The position numbers and the translations under genes were made by a program. Positions 9,188 to 17,596 of a stretch of 64,000 bases of DNA are shown one piece after another (within the stretch, counting starts at the first letter, position 1; each line of letters opens with the position of its first letter). The notes beneath the pieces were generated by a model. That model searched no databases, had not been told where the DNA came from, and saw only the letters and a list, made by a program, of their open reading frames with translations. This DNA is from an uncultured bacterium (GTDB taxonomy: Bacteria > Abyssobacteria > SURF-5): contig CAZSKP010000003.1 in NCBI GenBank assembly GCA_964607485.1, positions 32,001-96,000 of the forward strand, in the 5' to 3' direction.

Positions 9188-9994
9188 ATGCGGACGAGAT
9201 TCTTTGACGGGCCGAAGCCGAGGATATTCGCGCATCGCGGGTCGAGCGGCCATGCGCCCGAGAACACGCTGGCATCCTTCGATATGGCTGCCCGTGCGGG
9301 CGCCGACGTCCTCGAGATGGACGTGCATGCGACGAGCGACGGACACATCGTCGTCATGCACGACCCGATGACCGAACGGACGACCGACGGGGCGGGTCCC
9401 GTGTCGGCGCTGACGCTCGCGGAATTGAAGCGGCTCGACGCAGGCCGGCGGTTCTCGCCCGACGGCGGGAAGACGTATCCTTACAAGGGCAAGGGAATCG
9501 AGGTGCCCACGCTGCGCGAGGTCGCCGAGAGGTTTCCCCGCATCCCGTTCAACATCGAGGTGAAACAGGGCGAGCCGAGCATCGAGCGCGCGGTGTTCGA
9601 GCTCTTGGAAAAACTCGGCCACGCAGAGATAACGCTTCTCGCCGCCGAGATGGATGTGATCATGGAGCGAATCCGCCCTCTCGATTCAGGGCTGGCCACG
9701 AGTTTCTGCTCGACCGAGGTGCTCGAATTCCTCCAGCGGCTCAATCAAGACAGTTGGGAAGAGTATGTCCCGCCCGGGAGCGCGCTTCAGATCCCCGAGT
9801 CGTACCATGACATTCCGGTACTGACGCCGGAGCTGCTCGACGCCGCCCACCGCTTCGGCGTCGAGGTGCACGTGTGGACGGTGGACGAAGAGGCCGACAT
9901 GCGCAGGCTGCTGGAGATGGGCGTGGACGGCATCTTCACCGACTATCCCGAACGCATGGCGGGGGTGGTCCGAGAGATGGGACTGAGGCCCTGA
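9188..9994 (+). CDS. Glycerophosphodiester phosphodiesterase
   Basis: IFAHRGSSGHAPENTL, LEMDV, HD, NIEVK, VHVWTVDE, GVDGIFTDYP. The track ORF from 8645 is over-extended; RBS GAGGTG precedes ATG 9188. Confidence 0.92.
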   Translation: MRTRFFDGPKPRIFAHRGSSGHAPENTLASFDMAARAGADVLEMDVHATSDGHIVVMHDPMTERTTDGAGPVSALTLAELKRLDAGRRFSPDGGKTYPYKGKGIEVPTLREVAERFPRIPFNIEVKQGEPSIERAVFELLEKLGHAEITLLAAEMDVIMERIRPLDSGLATSFCSTEVLEFLQRLNQDSWEEYVPPGSALQIPESYHDIPVLTPELLDAAHRFGVEVHVWTVDEEADMRRLLEMGVDGIFTDYPERMAGVVREMGLRP

Positions 9995-10135
9995 CAGCCC
10001 GTTGCCCAAATGATTCCTCACCCACCAACGTTTCCTGCCCCGTCATTGCGAGGAGCCAAGAGCTACAAGCTCGGGCGACGAAGCAATCCCGATGGCATGA
10101 GGAAAATGACTCCGAATAATTTAGACAACAGGCTG
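9995..10135. mobile_element. MITE-like repeat, copy 1 (internally deleted), carrying a CGTC-type REP half
   Basis: Imperfect 22-bp terminal inverted repeats (CAGCCCGTTGCCCAAATGATTC / GAATAATTTAGACAACAGGCTG) around CGTCATTGCGAGGAG...CGACGAAGCAATC; homologous to 27003-27192. Confidence 0.6.
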
Positions 10136-10151
10136 CGTGACCCCTTTAGGA

Positions 10152-10181
10152 TAGACAGCCCCTCCGATACTGCGGTATAAT
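10152..10181 (+). promoter_or_regulatory. sigma70 promoter of the amidohydrolase gene
   Basis: TAGACA-18nt-TATAAT. Confidence 0.55.
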
Positions 10182-10267
10182 CACGTCAAGGTTCTCCCGG
10201 CAGGACATCACCGTTGAATGGAACAATTGTTGGCCGGGCAATAGGTGAAACAGGAGGTTCATGACTC

Positions 10268-11212
10268 ATGATAGTTGATGCACATGTGCACTTGTATGAT
10301 GAAGGCTGGATACCCAAACCCTTCGTACGCGGATTGGGGCAGGTAGTCTCGGCAACCCTCGCGAAGACAACCGGCGAGTTTCCCGACCCGGACGCCATCG
10401 CGGCCGGAGCCACGGAGCAATTGAGGGACTCGACAGGAGACGGCCTGGTTGAGGACATGGACGGGGCCGGCGTGGACATGTCGATCGCCTTTCCGGTCGA
10501 TTACTGGCTGGCCGTCGAGGAATCCTCTTCCGGAACGCCCGAAGGCGTCCCCATCGTCGAGCAGAACCGCATCTTCGGCGAGGTCGCCAAGAGACATCCG
10601 AAGCGCGTGGCGCATCTCGCGGCCGTGGACCCGCGCCGCAAGGATGCCGTCGCAATCTTTGAGAAGGGAGTGACGGAGCAGGGTGCGCGCGGCCTGAAGC
10701 TGCATCCGACCGCCGGCTTCTATCCCGACGACCCCGTCTGCCATCCGGTGTACCGGAAAGCGTTGGAGCTGGATGTGCCCGTGCTCTTCCACACGGGAAC
10801 GCAGCCCGCGCCCATGAAGGCGAAGTATTCGCGCCCGATCTTCGTGGACGGCGTCGCGGGGGATTTTCCCGACCTCAAGATCGTCATGGCGCATGTCGGC
10901 CACTGCTGGTGGGAGGAGGCGCTCGCCCTCGCCGGAACCAAGTGGAACCTCTGCGTTGATTTCTCGGGGTGGCAGAGGACATTCATGCTTCGCCCGCGCG
11001 AGTTCTATCACATGCTCAGGGTCGCACTGGACGAAATCGGCCCGTGGCGCGTCATGTTCGGCACCGACAATCCCTATCTGAGGCTCATGCTGCCCACGAA
11101 AGACTGGATCGCGGCGGTGCAAGACGCGACCAGCTCGGAATTCGCGTTCAGCCAGGAGGAGATAGACATCATCCTGGGGTCCGCAGCCGCGCGCCTGTTC
11201 AAGATAGGCTGA
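10268..11212 (+). CDS. Amidohydrolase_2-type metal-dependent hydrolase
   Basis: IVDAHVH, GLKLHP, VLFHTG, IVMAHVG, VMFGTDNP; RBS AGGAGG. Confidence 0.9.
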   Translation: MIVDAHVHLYDEGWIPKPFVRGLGQVVSATLAKTTGEFPDPDAIAAGATEQLRDSTGDGLVEDMDGAGVDMSIAFPVDYWLAVEESSSGTPEGVPIVEQNRIFGEVAKRHPKRVAHLAAVDPRRKDAVAIFEKGVTEQGARGLKLHPTAGFYPDDPVCHPVYRKALELDVPVLFHTGTQPAPMKAKYSRPIFVDGVAGDFPDLKIVMAHVGHCWWEEALALAGTKWNLCVDFSGWQRTFMLRPREFYHMLRVALDEIGPWRVMFGTDNPYLRLMLPTKDWIAAVQDATSSEFAFSQEEIDIILGSAAARLFKIG

Positions 11213-11306
11213 CGGCGGCATAGCATCTTCTTGAGCAGGACAATGAATCGCGAATCTGATTCTTCTTCATCAAACATCGGCTCTGCTTTGAATAGACGGA
11301 GCCGGT

Positions 11307-13304
11307 ATGCGTGTGTTTCGCAAGAGCGCTTCGCCGGATAAGACCGAGCCGGCGGCAGTCTTGGAGGTGTGTTCGATGGAAGGCGTGGGTTTCACTGGAC
11401 CCGCCAAATCCATCAGGGCTTTCGTGAATCGCCATCGGATTCTTCTGCCGCCGTTGCTGTTCGTCGGCTTTGGAGCCATCATCCTGTTCAGCGCGCGCGA
11501 AGCAGTGATGGGGCAACTTCAGCCGAAACAAGAAGCCGTCGCCAGCTACGAGCGGTTTCCGGTGCCTGGTGAAAAGGCCGCATACGAAACATTCGAGGTG
11601 ATGTGGCCTCTGCGGGAGAAGCGGACCGCCATCGAGGTAGCGGCGGGAGAGAATTCGATAATTGAAGTAGGCTTTGTTCGAATTCGCGAAACTCCTTCCC
11701 TCTATAACGGGTTCTCGGGCAAAATCCGTTTTTCGGCCTCCCGTGGGGATTGGCTCCGTGAAGAAGTTCTCGCCGAAACAACGGGAGAGTTCCCCGTAGG
11801 CCGGCGTGTGAGTCTCGCCATCGACGGAGCTAAGTTGGGGGGAGAGCGACGACGTCAGAAGATTCTTCTCAAGATAGAGAAGGCGGATGAGCATGAGGAA
11901 CAAGGATACGAACCGTACCGTGATTTTGCGTTGCTCGCCCCCAATGTCTGCGAGAAAAGACGAGCCGGCGAGATGAATGTAATTATCGTGTCCTTCGACA
12001 CGCTCCGTCCCGACCACCTAGGCTGCTACGGTTACGGGCGCGATACAAGCCCCAATATCGACGGGTTCGCGCAGCAGGGTGTGCTGTTCACCCAGGTCGT
12101 GAGTCCCGCTCCATGGACTACTCCCGCCCATTACAGTCTCTTCACGGGTCTCAATCCGTCCGCCCATCAGAATCGGGCCAGAGTCGAAGACAGCGGGATA
12201 TTCTATTCACGGGAAACCCTCGCGAGCGTGCTGAAGCAAAACGGTTTTTACACGACTGCCATTACGGATGGCGGCCTGATGTCGTCGGTGTATGGGTTCG
12301 GGAAAGGGTTCAATACATACAGGGAATACCTCAGCGTGACGAAGCGCCCGGAGGCGGGAACGCAGTGGGCATACGAGTCTCATATCGAGCAGATCTTCGA
12401 TGAAGCTTCCCGCTGGCTCGAAGCACACAAGAACGCGAAGTTCTTCATGTTCCTGCACACATATGAATGCCACATGCCTTACGAGGGGACCCATTTTGTC
12501 TCGAAACAACCTCCCAAGTCCTTAATCGATCGCAGGAAGGCGCTGTACGACGGCGATATCAAGCACGCGGATTCCTACTTCGGCACGTTTGTTGAGAAGC
12601 TTCAGTCGCTCAACCTGATGGCTGACACGCTGGTTGTTTTCCTGAGCGACCACGGTGACGATTTCTACGACCACTATCGCGAAACCGACATTATTCCTCC
12701 GTTCACCGAAAAGCTCACACCGGAGATATCCGCCATCGACCACGACCACTCACTGTACGAGGAGCTTGTCAGGGTTCCGTTGATCTTCCACATCCCCGGC
12801 CTCAAAGCGCCGAAGAGAGTTTTGGAGAATCAGGTTCGCCTCATCGACGTCATGCCGACGATTCTGGACCCTCTCGGCATAGACTACGCGGCCCCGATTC
12901 AGGGAACCAGCCTGATGAGTCTCATGCGGACCGGAGAAAGAGAGGAGGACCCGCCGGCCCTGAGCGAATTTACCGGAACCGGCCCCGAGCGGAAGGCGAT
13001 CCGCAAGGACGGATACAAGTATATATGGATAGAGAAGCCGGACGAATTCCACAGGGTGACGTATCGAAACTTGAATCGGTTCGAGCTTTTCAACCTCACC
13101 GAGGACCCTCACGAGAAACATAATATCTACGCAGAAAACAGGCAATTGGCCGATCGATACCACGCGCTGCTCAGCGAGCAGTTGGCGACCTCTCTGCGGC
13201 TACACTCGGCACTCGAGAAGGAATACCAGCCGAGTGGAAAGAAAGAGAGAGTAGTCGATGAAGACCTGAAACGAAACTTGAAGGCGCTTGGCTACGTGGA
13301 CTGA
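11307..13304 (+). CDS. Membrane-anchored sulfatase-like hydrolase/transferase (alkaline phosphatase superfamily)
   Basis: TM helix, NVIIVSFDTLRPDHLGCYGY, SPAPWTTPAHYSLFTG, SDHG, LYEELVRVPL, C-terminal LKALGYV; start uncertain. Confidence 0.85.
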   Translation: MRVFRKSASPDKTEPAAVLEVCSMEGVGFTGPAKSIRAFVNRHRILLPPLLFVGFGAIILFSAREAVMGQLQPKQEAVASYERFPVPGEKAAYETFEVMWPLREKRTAIEVAAGENSIIEVGFVRIRETPSLYNGFSGKIRFSASRGDWLREEVLAETTGEFPVGRRVSLAIDGAKLGGERRRQKILLKIEKADEHEEQGYEPYRDFALLAPNVCEKRRAGEMNVIIVSFDTLRPDHLGCYGYGRDTSPNIDGFAQQGVLFTQVVSPAPWTTPAHYSLFTGLNPSAHQNRARVEDSGIFYSRETLASVLKQNGFYTTAITDGGLMSSVYGFGKGFNTYREYLSVTKRPEAGTQWAYESHIEQIFDEASRWLEAHKNAKFFMFLHTYECHMPYEGTHFVSKQPPKSLIDRRKALYDGDIKHADSYFGTFVEKLQSLNLMADTLVVFLSDHGDDFYDHYRETDIIPPFTEKLTPEISAIDHDHSLYEELVRVPLIFHIPGLKAPKRVLENQVRLIDVMPTILDPLGIDYAAPIQGTSLMSLMRTGEREEDPPALSEFTGTGPERKAIRKDGYKYIWIEKPDEFHRVTYRNLNRFELFNLTEDPHEKHNIYAENRQLADRYHALLSEQLATSLRLHSALEKEYQPSGKKERVVDEDLKRNLKALGYVD

Positions 13305-13409
13305 GCATCGCCGGGCTCTCCCAACTGCCATGCGCCTCCTCGACACAGTCCACCGGGATATCCCTCTTGTGAACTCCGAATCGCGAGACGCACAAGGCGA
13401 ACAAGGCTC

Positions 13410-15032
13410 ATGAGCGACATGCATCAGCAGATGAAAACCTGTCACTATTGCGGACAGGCCGTCAAGTTGAGCAGCCACATGTGTCCTCACTGCGGCAGTT
13501 CCCTTGCAGAGTTGGACCAGCAGGAATGGGAACGGCTCGCCCCCACCGCAGAGCCCCCCGTGGACAAACCCAGCCGAAAGGTTTTGCCCTCTGGCACACG
13601 GAAGGCTCTTCTTGTCGTCGCGTTGTGCTGTTTCCTCTACTTGGCCGCGGTCATTACCATTTCCATTGCTCGGTTCATGTCGAACGGAGCAGCTAAACAC
13701 AAGGCCGGCGAATTGCCGAGCAGCCCGGCTGCGGCGGTCAAGAAGCCGGAACGCCTGGGCGCAGCGTCGCCGCAATCGGGGAAGACCTCGTTCATTCGCA
13801 TTCATGAGAATCCCACCTTGCCTGACGGGGCTGCGTCGTCGGAGGAACAGGCGGATTCCACCGAATCGAAAGAGTCGTCCTCGGAAGAGCGCGAGCGGCG
13901 CGAACGCGTACAGCGCATCAGCGCTCAGATTTTCAAGGAGCTTCTCGAAGAAGAAACAATAACCGCCGACACGATACACCTCAAGTCGGGCAGGGAAATC
14001 GATTGCGACATAATCAGCCGGTCCGACGCTCAGCTCACCATCAGCCACAGGGGAGTGACGACGACTCTGAATCGGGACGCGATAGAAAGCGTCGAACACC
14101 GCTCGCCGGAAGACGTGAGGCAGGAAACGGAAAAGCTCGCGATGGCACGGGCCAACGAAATTGTGTCCCTGGGGCTGGTCCGCCACGGAGGGCTTTGGAT
14201 TACGCCCGAAGAAAGGGCGCGCCGAATGCAGGCCAAGCCCGCGCCGAAAGAGTCCGAACAAGCTTCGACGCAGACGGCAACTGAGAAACCCTTGCCGGAG
14301 GAGCCTGGTAGCCAATCATTCGATGAGAGAACCGACCGCGAGAAGCTCGAATCGTTGCTTGCGCTCGTGCGCAAAACGAAGACTGTTGACGCCGACTTCT
14401 TCGGGGGAACGCTTCACATTGAAAATCGGAGCAAAGAGCGCGCCAGAGGCAACTCGGACAATGCATCGTTCATCGCTTTCGAGGCGAAAGGAAGACAGAT
14501 AAACCTGTTTCAGTTGAGCGACTTCCTCCGGCTGCCCGTCGCGGCGTCCGGCCTCTGCAATGCGTCCGTCGACGCCTCCCTGGACGAACGCGACCCGCGG
14601 ACGTTGAGCGGCGAGGCGCAAGTCATCGCCGAACACGTGACAATTCCCCCCTTCGCCACGCCGATGCTTGTTGTCCCGCCCAACGAGGAAGCCACGGTCA
14701 CCGCGACACTCTCAGCGGATAAAGGAGCCGTCGTCATAAAGAGCTTGCGGCTCGACGGAACAGCGTACAGCTTGGAAGGCGGCGGAATCATTCTCCTCGC
14801 GAACCGGCTGGAACAAAGCCAAGTCAAATGCTCATTCTCAATCCTTTTCAACGAATCGCCGACCGTGACAGATACGAGAGTGGTTGGAAAAGGCGCGCAA
14901 TACCTCTTGAACGCTCTCTCGGCATCGAAAAGAGAGATTCCTATTAAGATTCTGGGGACGCTCTCAGCGCCTGAAATACTTCTCACCCATCAATCGGCGC
15001 TCGGGTCTGTAAGATGGCGGCTCAACCAGTAG
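13410..15032 (+). CDS. Zinc-ribbon, single-TM protein with a small beta domain and a GspN/AsmA-like C-terminal region
   Basis: CHYC..CPHC zinc ribbon, TM helix, DTIHLKSG..., GLVRHGGLWITPEE, and C-terminal IKSLRLDG...IPIKILGTLSAP. Confidence 0.6.
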   Translation: MSDMHQQMKTCHYCGQAVKLSSHMCPHCGSSLAELDQQEWERLAPTAEPPVDKPSRKVLPSGTRKALLVVALCCFLYLAAVITISIARFMSNGAAKHKAGELPSSPAAAVKKPERLGAASPQSGKTSFIRIHENPTLPDGAASSEEQADSTESKESSSEERERRERVQRISAQIFKELLEEETITADTIHLKSGREIDCDIISRSDAQLTISHRGVTTTLNRDAIESVEHRSPEDVRQETEKLAMARANEIVSLGLVRHGGLWITPEERARRMQAKPAPKESEQASTQTATEKPLPEEPGSQSFDERTDREKLESLLALVRKTKTVDADFFGGTLHIENRSKERARGNSDNASFIAFEAKGRQINLFQLSDFLRLPVAASGLCNASVDASLDERDPRTLSGEAQVIAEHVTIPPFATPMLVVPPNEEATVTATLSADKGAVVIKSLRLDGTAYSLEGGGIILLANRLEQSQVKCSFSILFNESPTVTDTRVVGKGAQYLLNALSASKREIPIKILGTLSAPEILLTHQSALGSVRWRLNQ

Positions 15033-15130
15033 CCGTGTCCGAGAATAGACCGGGCCGTCTTGTGATGTTAGTCACAGACACGTCGCCGCATTTCGGAGCA
15101 AAATGAGGAAGAAAGAGGAAAGGTTTGCCT

Positions 15131-15757
15131 ATGAACTCCGAGATGCCGAAAACGAAAGACGTGGCCGAGGTCGTGACGTGCCGGGCCGGCGCAGACGGTT
15201 GTCCGATGGCCGTCATAGATGTGAAGGCAATCGCCGCGAAGCTGGCCGACGTGCTCGCCGAGCCCGAACGCAAACGCGCGCTGGAGGAGCTGCTCGCCAA
15301 GCCGTTCAACTTCCACAGCCAGTTCTGCGCGGCGGTGACAGGCTGCCCGAACGCATGCGCTCAGCCGCAGATAAGAGACTTCGGCGTCATCGGACGCGCC
15401 CGCATCGGATTCGCCGAGTCGTTGTGCAGCGAATGCGGCCTGTGCGCGGCGGCGTGCAAGGAGAACGCGATCACGCTCGTCGATGGGAAACCGCGCGTCG
15501 ACGGCACGCGCTGCATCGCATGCTCCGACTGCGTGCGTTCGTGCCAGACCGACGCGCTCAGCGTCGTCGGCCGGACGTGCGAGGTCACGGTCGGCGGCAA
15601 GCTCGGGCGTCACCCCCGACTGGCGCAATCATTGGGCGAATTCGAGAACATCGACGAGGCCGTCGAATGCCTCCGCCGCACGCTTGAGCTGCTTCTCACC
15701 CAGGGCAAGAAAGGCGAACGCCTCGGCGCGCTGCTCGAGCGCCTCTCGCGAGAATAA
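15131..15757 (+). CDS. Nitrite/sulfite-reductase siroheme-4Fe-4S domain plus 2x[4Fe-4S] ferredoxin (AsrC/Dsr-like partial architecture)
   Basis: CRAGADGC..., AVTGCPNACAQPQIRDFG, CSECGLCAAAC, CIACSDCVRSC, VGGKLGRHPRL, GERL. Confidence 0.8.
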   Translation: MNSEMPKTKDVAEVVTCRAGADGCPMAVIDVKAIAAKLADVLAEPERKRALEELLAKPFNFHSQFCAAVTGCPNACAQPQIRDFGVIGRARIGFAESLCSECGLCAAACKENAITLVDGKPRVDGTRCIACSDCVRSCQTDALSVVGRTCEVTVGGKLGRHPRLAQSLGEFENIDEAVECLRRTLELLLTQGKKGERLGALLERLSRE

Positions 15758-15786
15758 GTAATTACTATTAGGAACAGGTATCAGTC

Positions 15787-15883
15787 GTCATTCTGAGCGC
15801 AGCGAAGAATCTCAAACATTGCGACAGGGCCGGCGAAACACGAGATCCTTCACTCGGGCCTTCGGCCCTTCGTTCAGGATGAC
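15787..15883. repeat. CGTC-type REP-like palindromic pair
   Basis: GTCATTCTGAGCGCAGCGAAGAATCTC ... GAGATCCTTC...GTTCAGGATGAC; a related copy lies at 19801-19872. Confidence 0.75.
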
Positions 15884-15945
15884 AAAAATGTGAAGTGCTT
15901 CGTGCTCCCCACAGTAACACCTCCGCCTCACCCTTCCAAAACCCG

Positions 15946-15985
15946 CTTGCGTTCCTTCCAACATCTCCTATATATTGTCGGTGAA
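15946..15985 (+). repeat. 40-bp direct repeat copy A (promoter-like)
   Basis: 35/40 identical to 17335-17374; contains TTGCGT-18nt-TATATT. Confidence 0.75.
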
Positions 15986-16029
15986 TTACGGGTCGCTCCA
16001 AACAATATCGGGCGGTTGGTCGATGAGCA

Positions 16030-16058
16030 TTGACCCCGGTTTGTGCAGGCGGTATAAT
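16030..16058 (+). promoter_or_regulatory. sigma70 promoter of the TA operon
   Basis: TTGACC-17nt-TATAAT. Confidence 0.75.
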
Positions 16059-16087
16059 CATCGTGCAGAGACAACGAGGGGTGAAAC

Positions 16088-16306
16088 ATGACGAAACTGC
16101 TTAAGAAGGCCTTTGACGAAGCTTCCAGGCTCCCTGAAACGGAGCAGAATGCGTTTGCCAAATGGCTGCTCGATGAACTCCATTCTGAGAGGGAATGGGC
16201 CAAGACCCTCGCGGAATCGGAAGATGTTCTTGAGAAGCTTGCGGACGAAGCTTTAGAAGAAAAAAGAAAAGGCAAAACCAAACCGCTGAACCCCGACCGC
16301 CTATGA
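16088..16306 (+). CDS. Putative type II antitoxin
   Basis: 72 aa acidic helical protein (LLKKAFDEASRLPETEQNAFAKWLLDEL...LEKLADEAL..GKT) with a 4-nt overlap onto the toxin gene. Confidence 0.75.
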   Translation: MTKLLKKAFDEASRLPETEQNAFAKWLLDELHSEREWAKTLAESEDVLEKLADEALEEKRKGKTKPLNPDRL

Positions 16307-16575
16307 ACTCGACCGCGACCGAGCGATTTTGGAAGTGCTATGCTGCGCTACCGGCCGAGGTCAAGACTCAGGCCCGAGAAGCATACGCCCTTTTCGCAAG
16401 AGACCCCTACCATCCCGGCCTGCGCTTCAAACGAATCCATTCAACTCGGCCGATCTTCTCCGTACGAGTGAGTCTCCAGTATCGGGCCCTTGGGGTCGCC
16501 GAAGGAGACGAAATCATATGGTTCTGGATCGGGTCGCACGCAGAGTATGACAGTCTCTTGAAGCGGCTGAAGTGA
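16303..16575 (+). CDS. RelE/ParE-superfamily toxin
   Basis: FWKCY..LP..V...A, PYHPGLRFKRI, SVRV...YRALG, WFWIGSHAEYD. Confidence 0.82.
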   Translation: MNSTATERFWKCYAALPAEVKTQAREAYALFARDPYHPGLRFKRIHSTRPIFSVRVSLQYRALGVAEGDEIIWFWIGSHAEYDSLLKRLK

Positions 16576-17243
16576 ACAAGGACGAAGCACAGAGGAAGAC
16601 CGCACGAGAGATCGCACAGCGATACCTGGCGCGTGGCGATGCGCTCGGCTGGTTCGAGGCGCTGTATTCTCAGGCCGACGGGGACGCGTCGATCATTTCG
16701 TGGGCCGACCTGAAGCCGAACCCGAACCTTGTCGCGTGGCTGGACCGGGAGGCCCCACGCGCCCAGGGCGGGACCGCGCTCAAGGTAGGCTGCGGCCTGG
16801 GCGATGATGCCGAGGAACTCGCCCGGCGCGGATTCGAGACCACCGCCTTCGACATCTCACAGACGGCCATCTCGTGGTGCCGGAGGCGTTATCCGAATTC
16901 TTCGGTGACGTACCTCGTGGCCGACCTGTTTCAACCGCCGACAGAGTGGCGAGGGAAGTTCGACTTCGTCCTCGAATCGTACACGCTTCAGGTGCTGCCG
17001 CCGGCGCTCAGGCCCGAGGCGATCGCGCGTATCGCCTCATTCGTCGCTCCGCAGGGGATGTTGCTGGTCATCGCGCGGGCCCGAGAAATCGACGATCCCG
17101 AGGGCGCCATGCCCTGGCCGCTGACGAGAGACGAGGTGGCATCCTTCCAATCTTTCGGTCTCAGGGAACTCTGCTTCGAGGACTACATGGACACCGAAAC
17201 TCCCCCCGTCCGTCGGTTCAGAGTGTGGTACCGAAGGGAATAG
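16572..17243 (+). CDS. Class I SAM-dependent methyltransferase (TPMT-like)
   Basis: GWFEALY, VGCGLGDDAE, AFDIS, FDFVLESYTLQ, PWPLTR; GTG start overlaps the toxin TGA. Confidence 0.85.
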   Translation: MNKDEAQRKTAREIAQRYLARGDALGWFEALYSQADGDASIISWADLKPNPNLVAWLDREAPRAQGGTALKVGCGLGDDAEELARRGFETTAFDISQTAISWCRRRYPNSSVTYLVADLFQPPTEWRGKFDFVLESYTLQVLPPALRPEAIARIASFVAPQGMLLVIARAREIDDPEGAMPWPLTRDEVASFQSFGLRELCFEDYMDTETPPVRRFRVWYRRE

Positions 17244-17334
17244 GGCGGTTGAAATCTTCGCCAATTTCCGGAGATGTGGCACGAATTTGCCGGACGGGAA
17301 ATCGGTATTATGTCCCCGGAATTTGCCAATTTGC

Positions 17335-17374
17335 CTTGCTTTCCTTCCAACATCTAATATATACTGACGGTGAA
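17335..17374 (+). repeat. 40-bp direct repeat copy B, probable promoter of the DUF2283 gene
   Basis: TTGCTT-18nt-TATACT; 35/40 identical to 15946-15985. Confidence 0.75.
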
Positions 17375-17387
17375 CAAAGGAGATGCG

Positions 17388-17570
17388 ATGAGACTGAAGG
17401 TAGATCATAAGAATGACGCCTTATATTTTCGATTAGATGAATCGGATATCGTAGAGTCCGAGGAAATCAAGCCCGGCGTGATTCTCGACTATGATGCGAA
17501 CGACAACATGGTCGGAATCGAGATACTCGGCCTGAGCAAACGTGTCTCGGTTGAAACGTACAGGTCCTGA
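17388..17570 (+). CDS. DUF2283-family protein (putative antitoxin), no adjacent partner toxin
   Basis: DALYFRL....ESEEIKPGVILDYD....VGIEIL signature; RBS AAGGAG. Confidence 0.8.
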   Translation: MRLKVDHKNDALYFRLDESDIVESEEIKPGVILDYDANDNMVGIEILGLSKRVSVETYRS

Positions 17571-17596
17571 CTTACCTATACCGCAACCTCTGAAAA

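Noticed and set aside
17277..17290. TGGCACGAATTTGC resembling a sigma54 promoter
   Set aside because: Spacing is GG-N9-GC, one base short of the strictly required N10.
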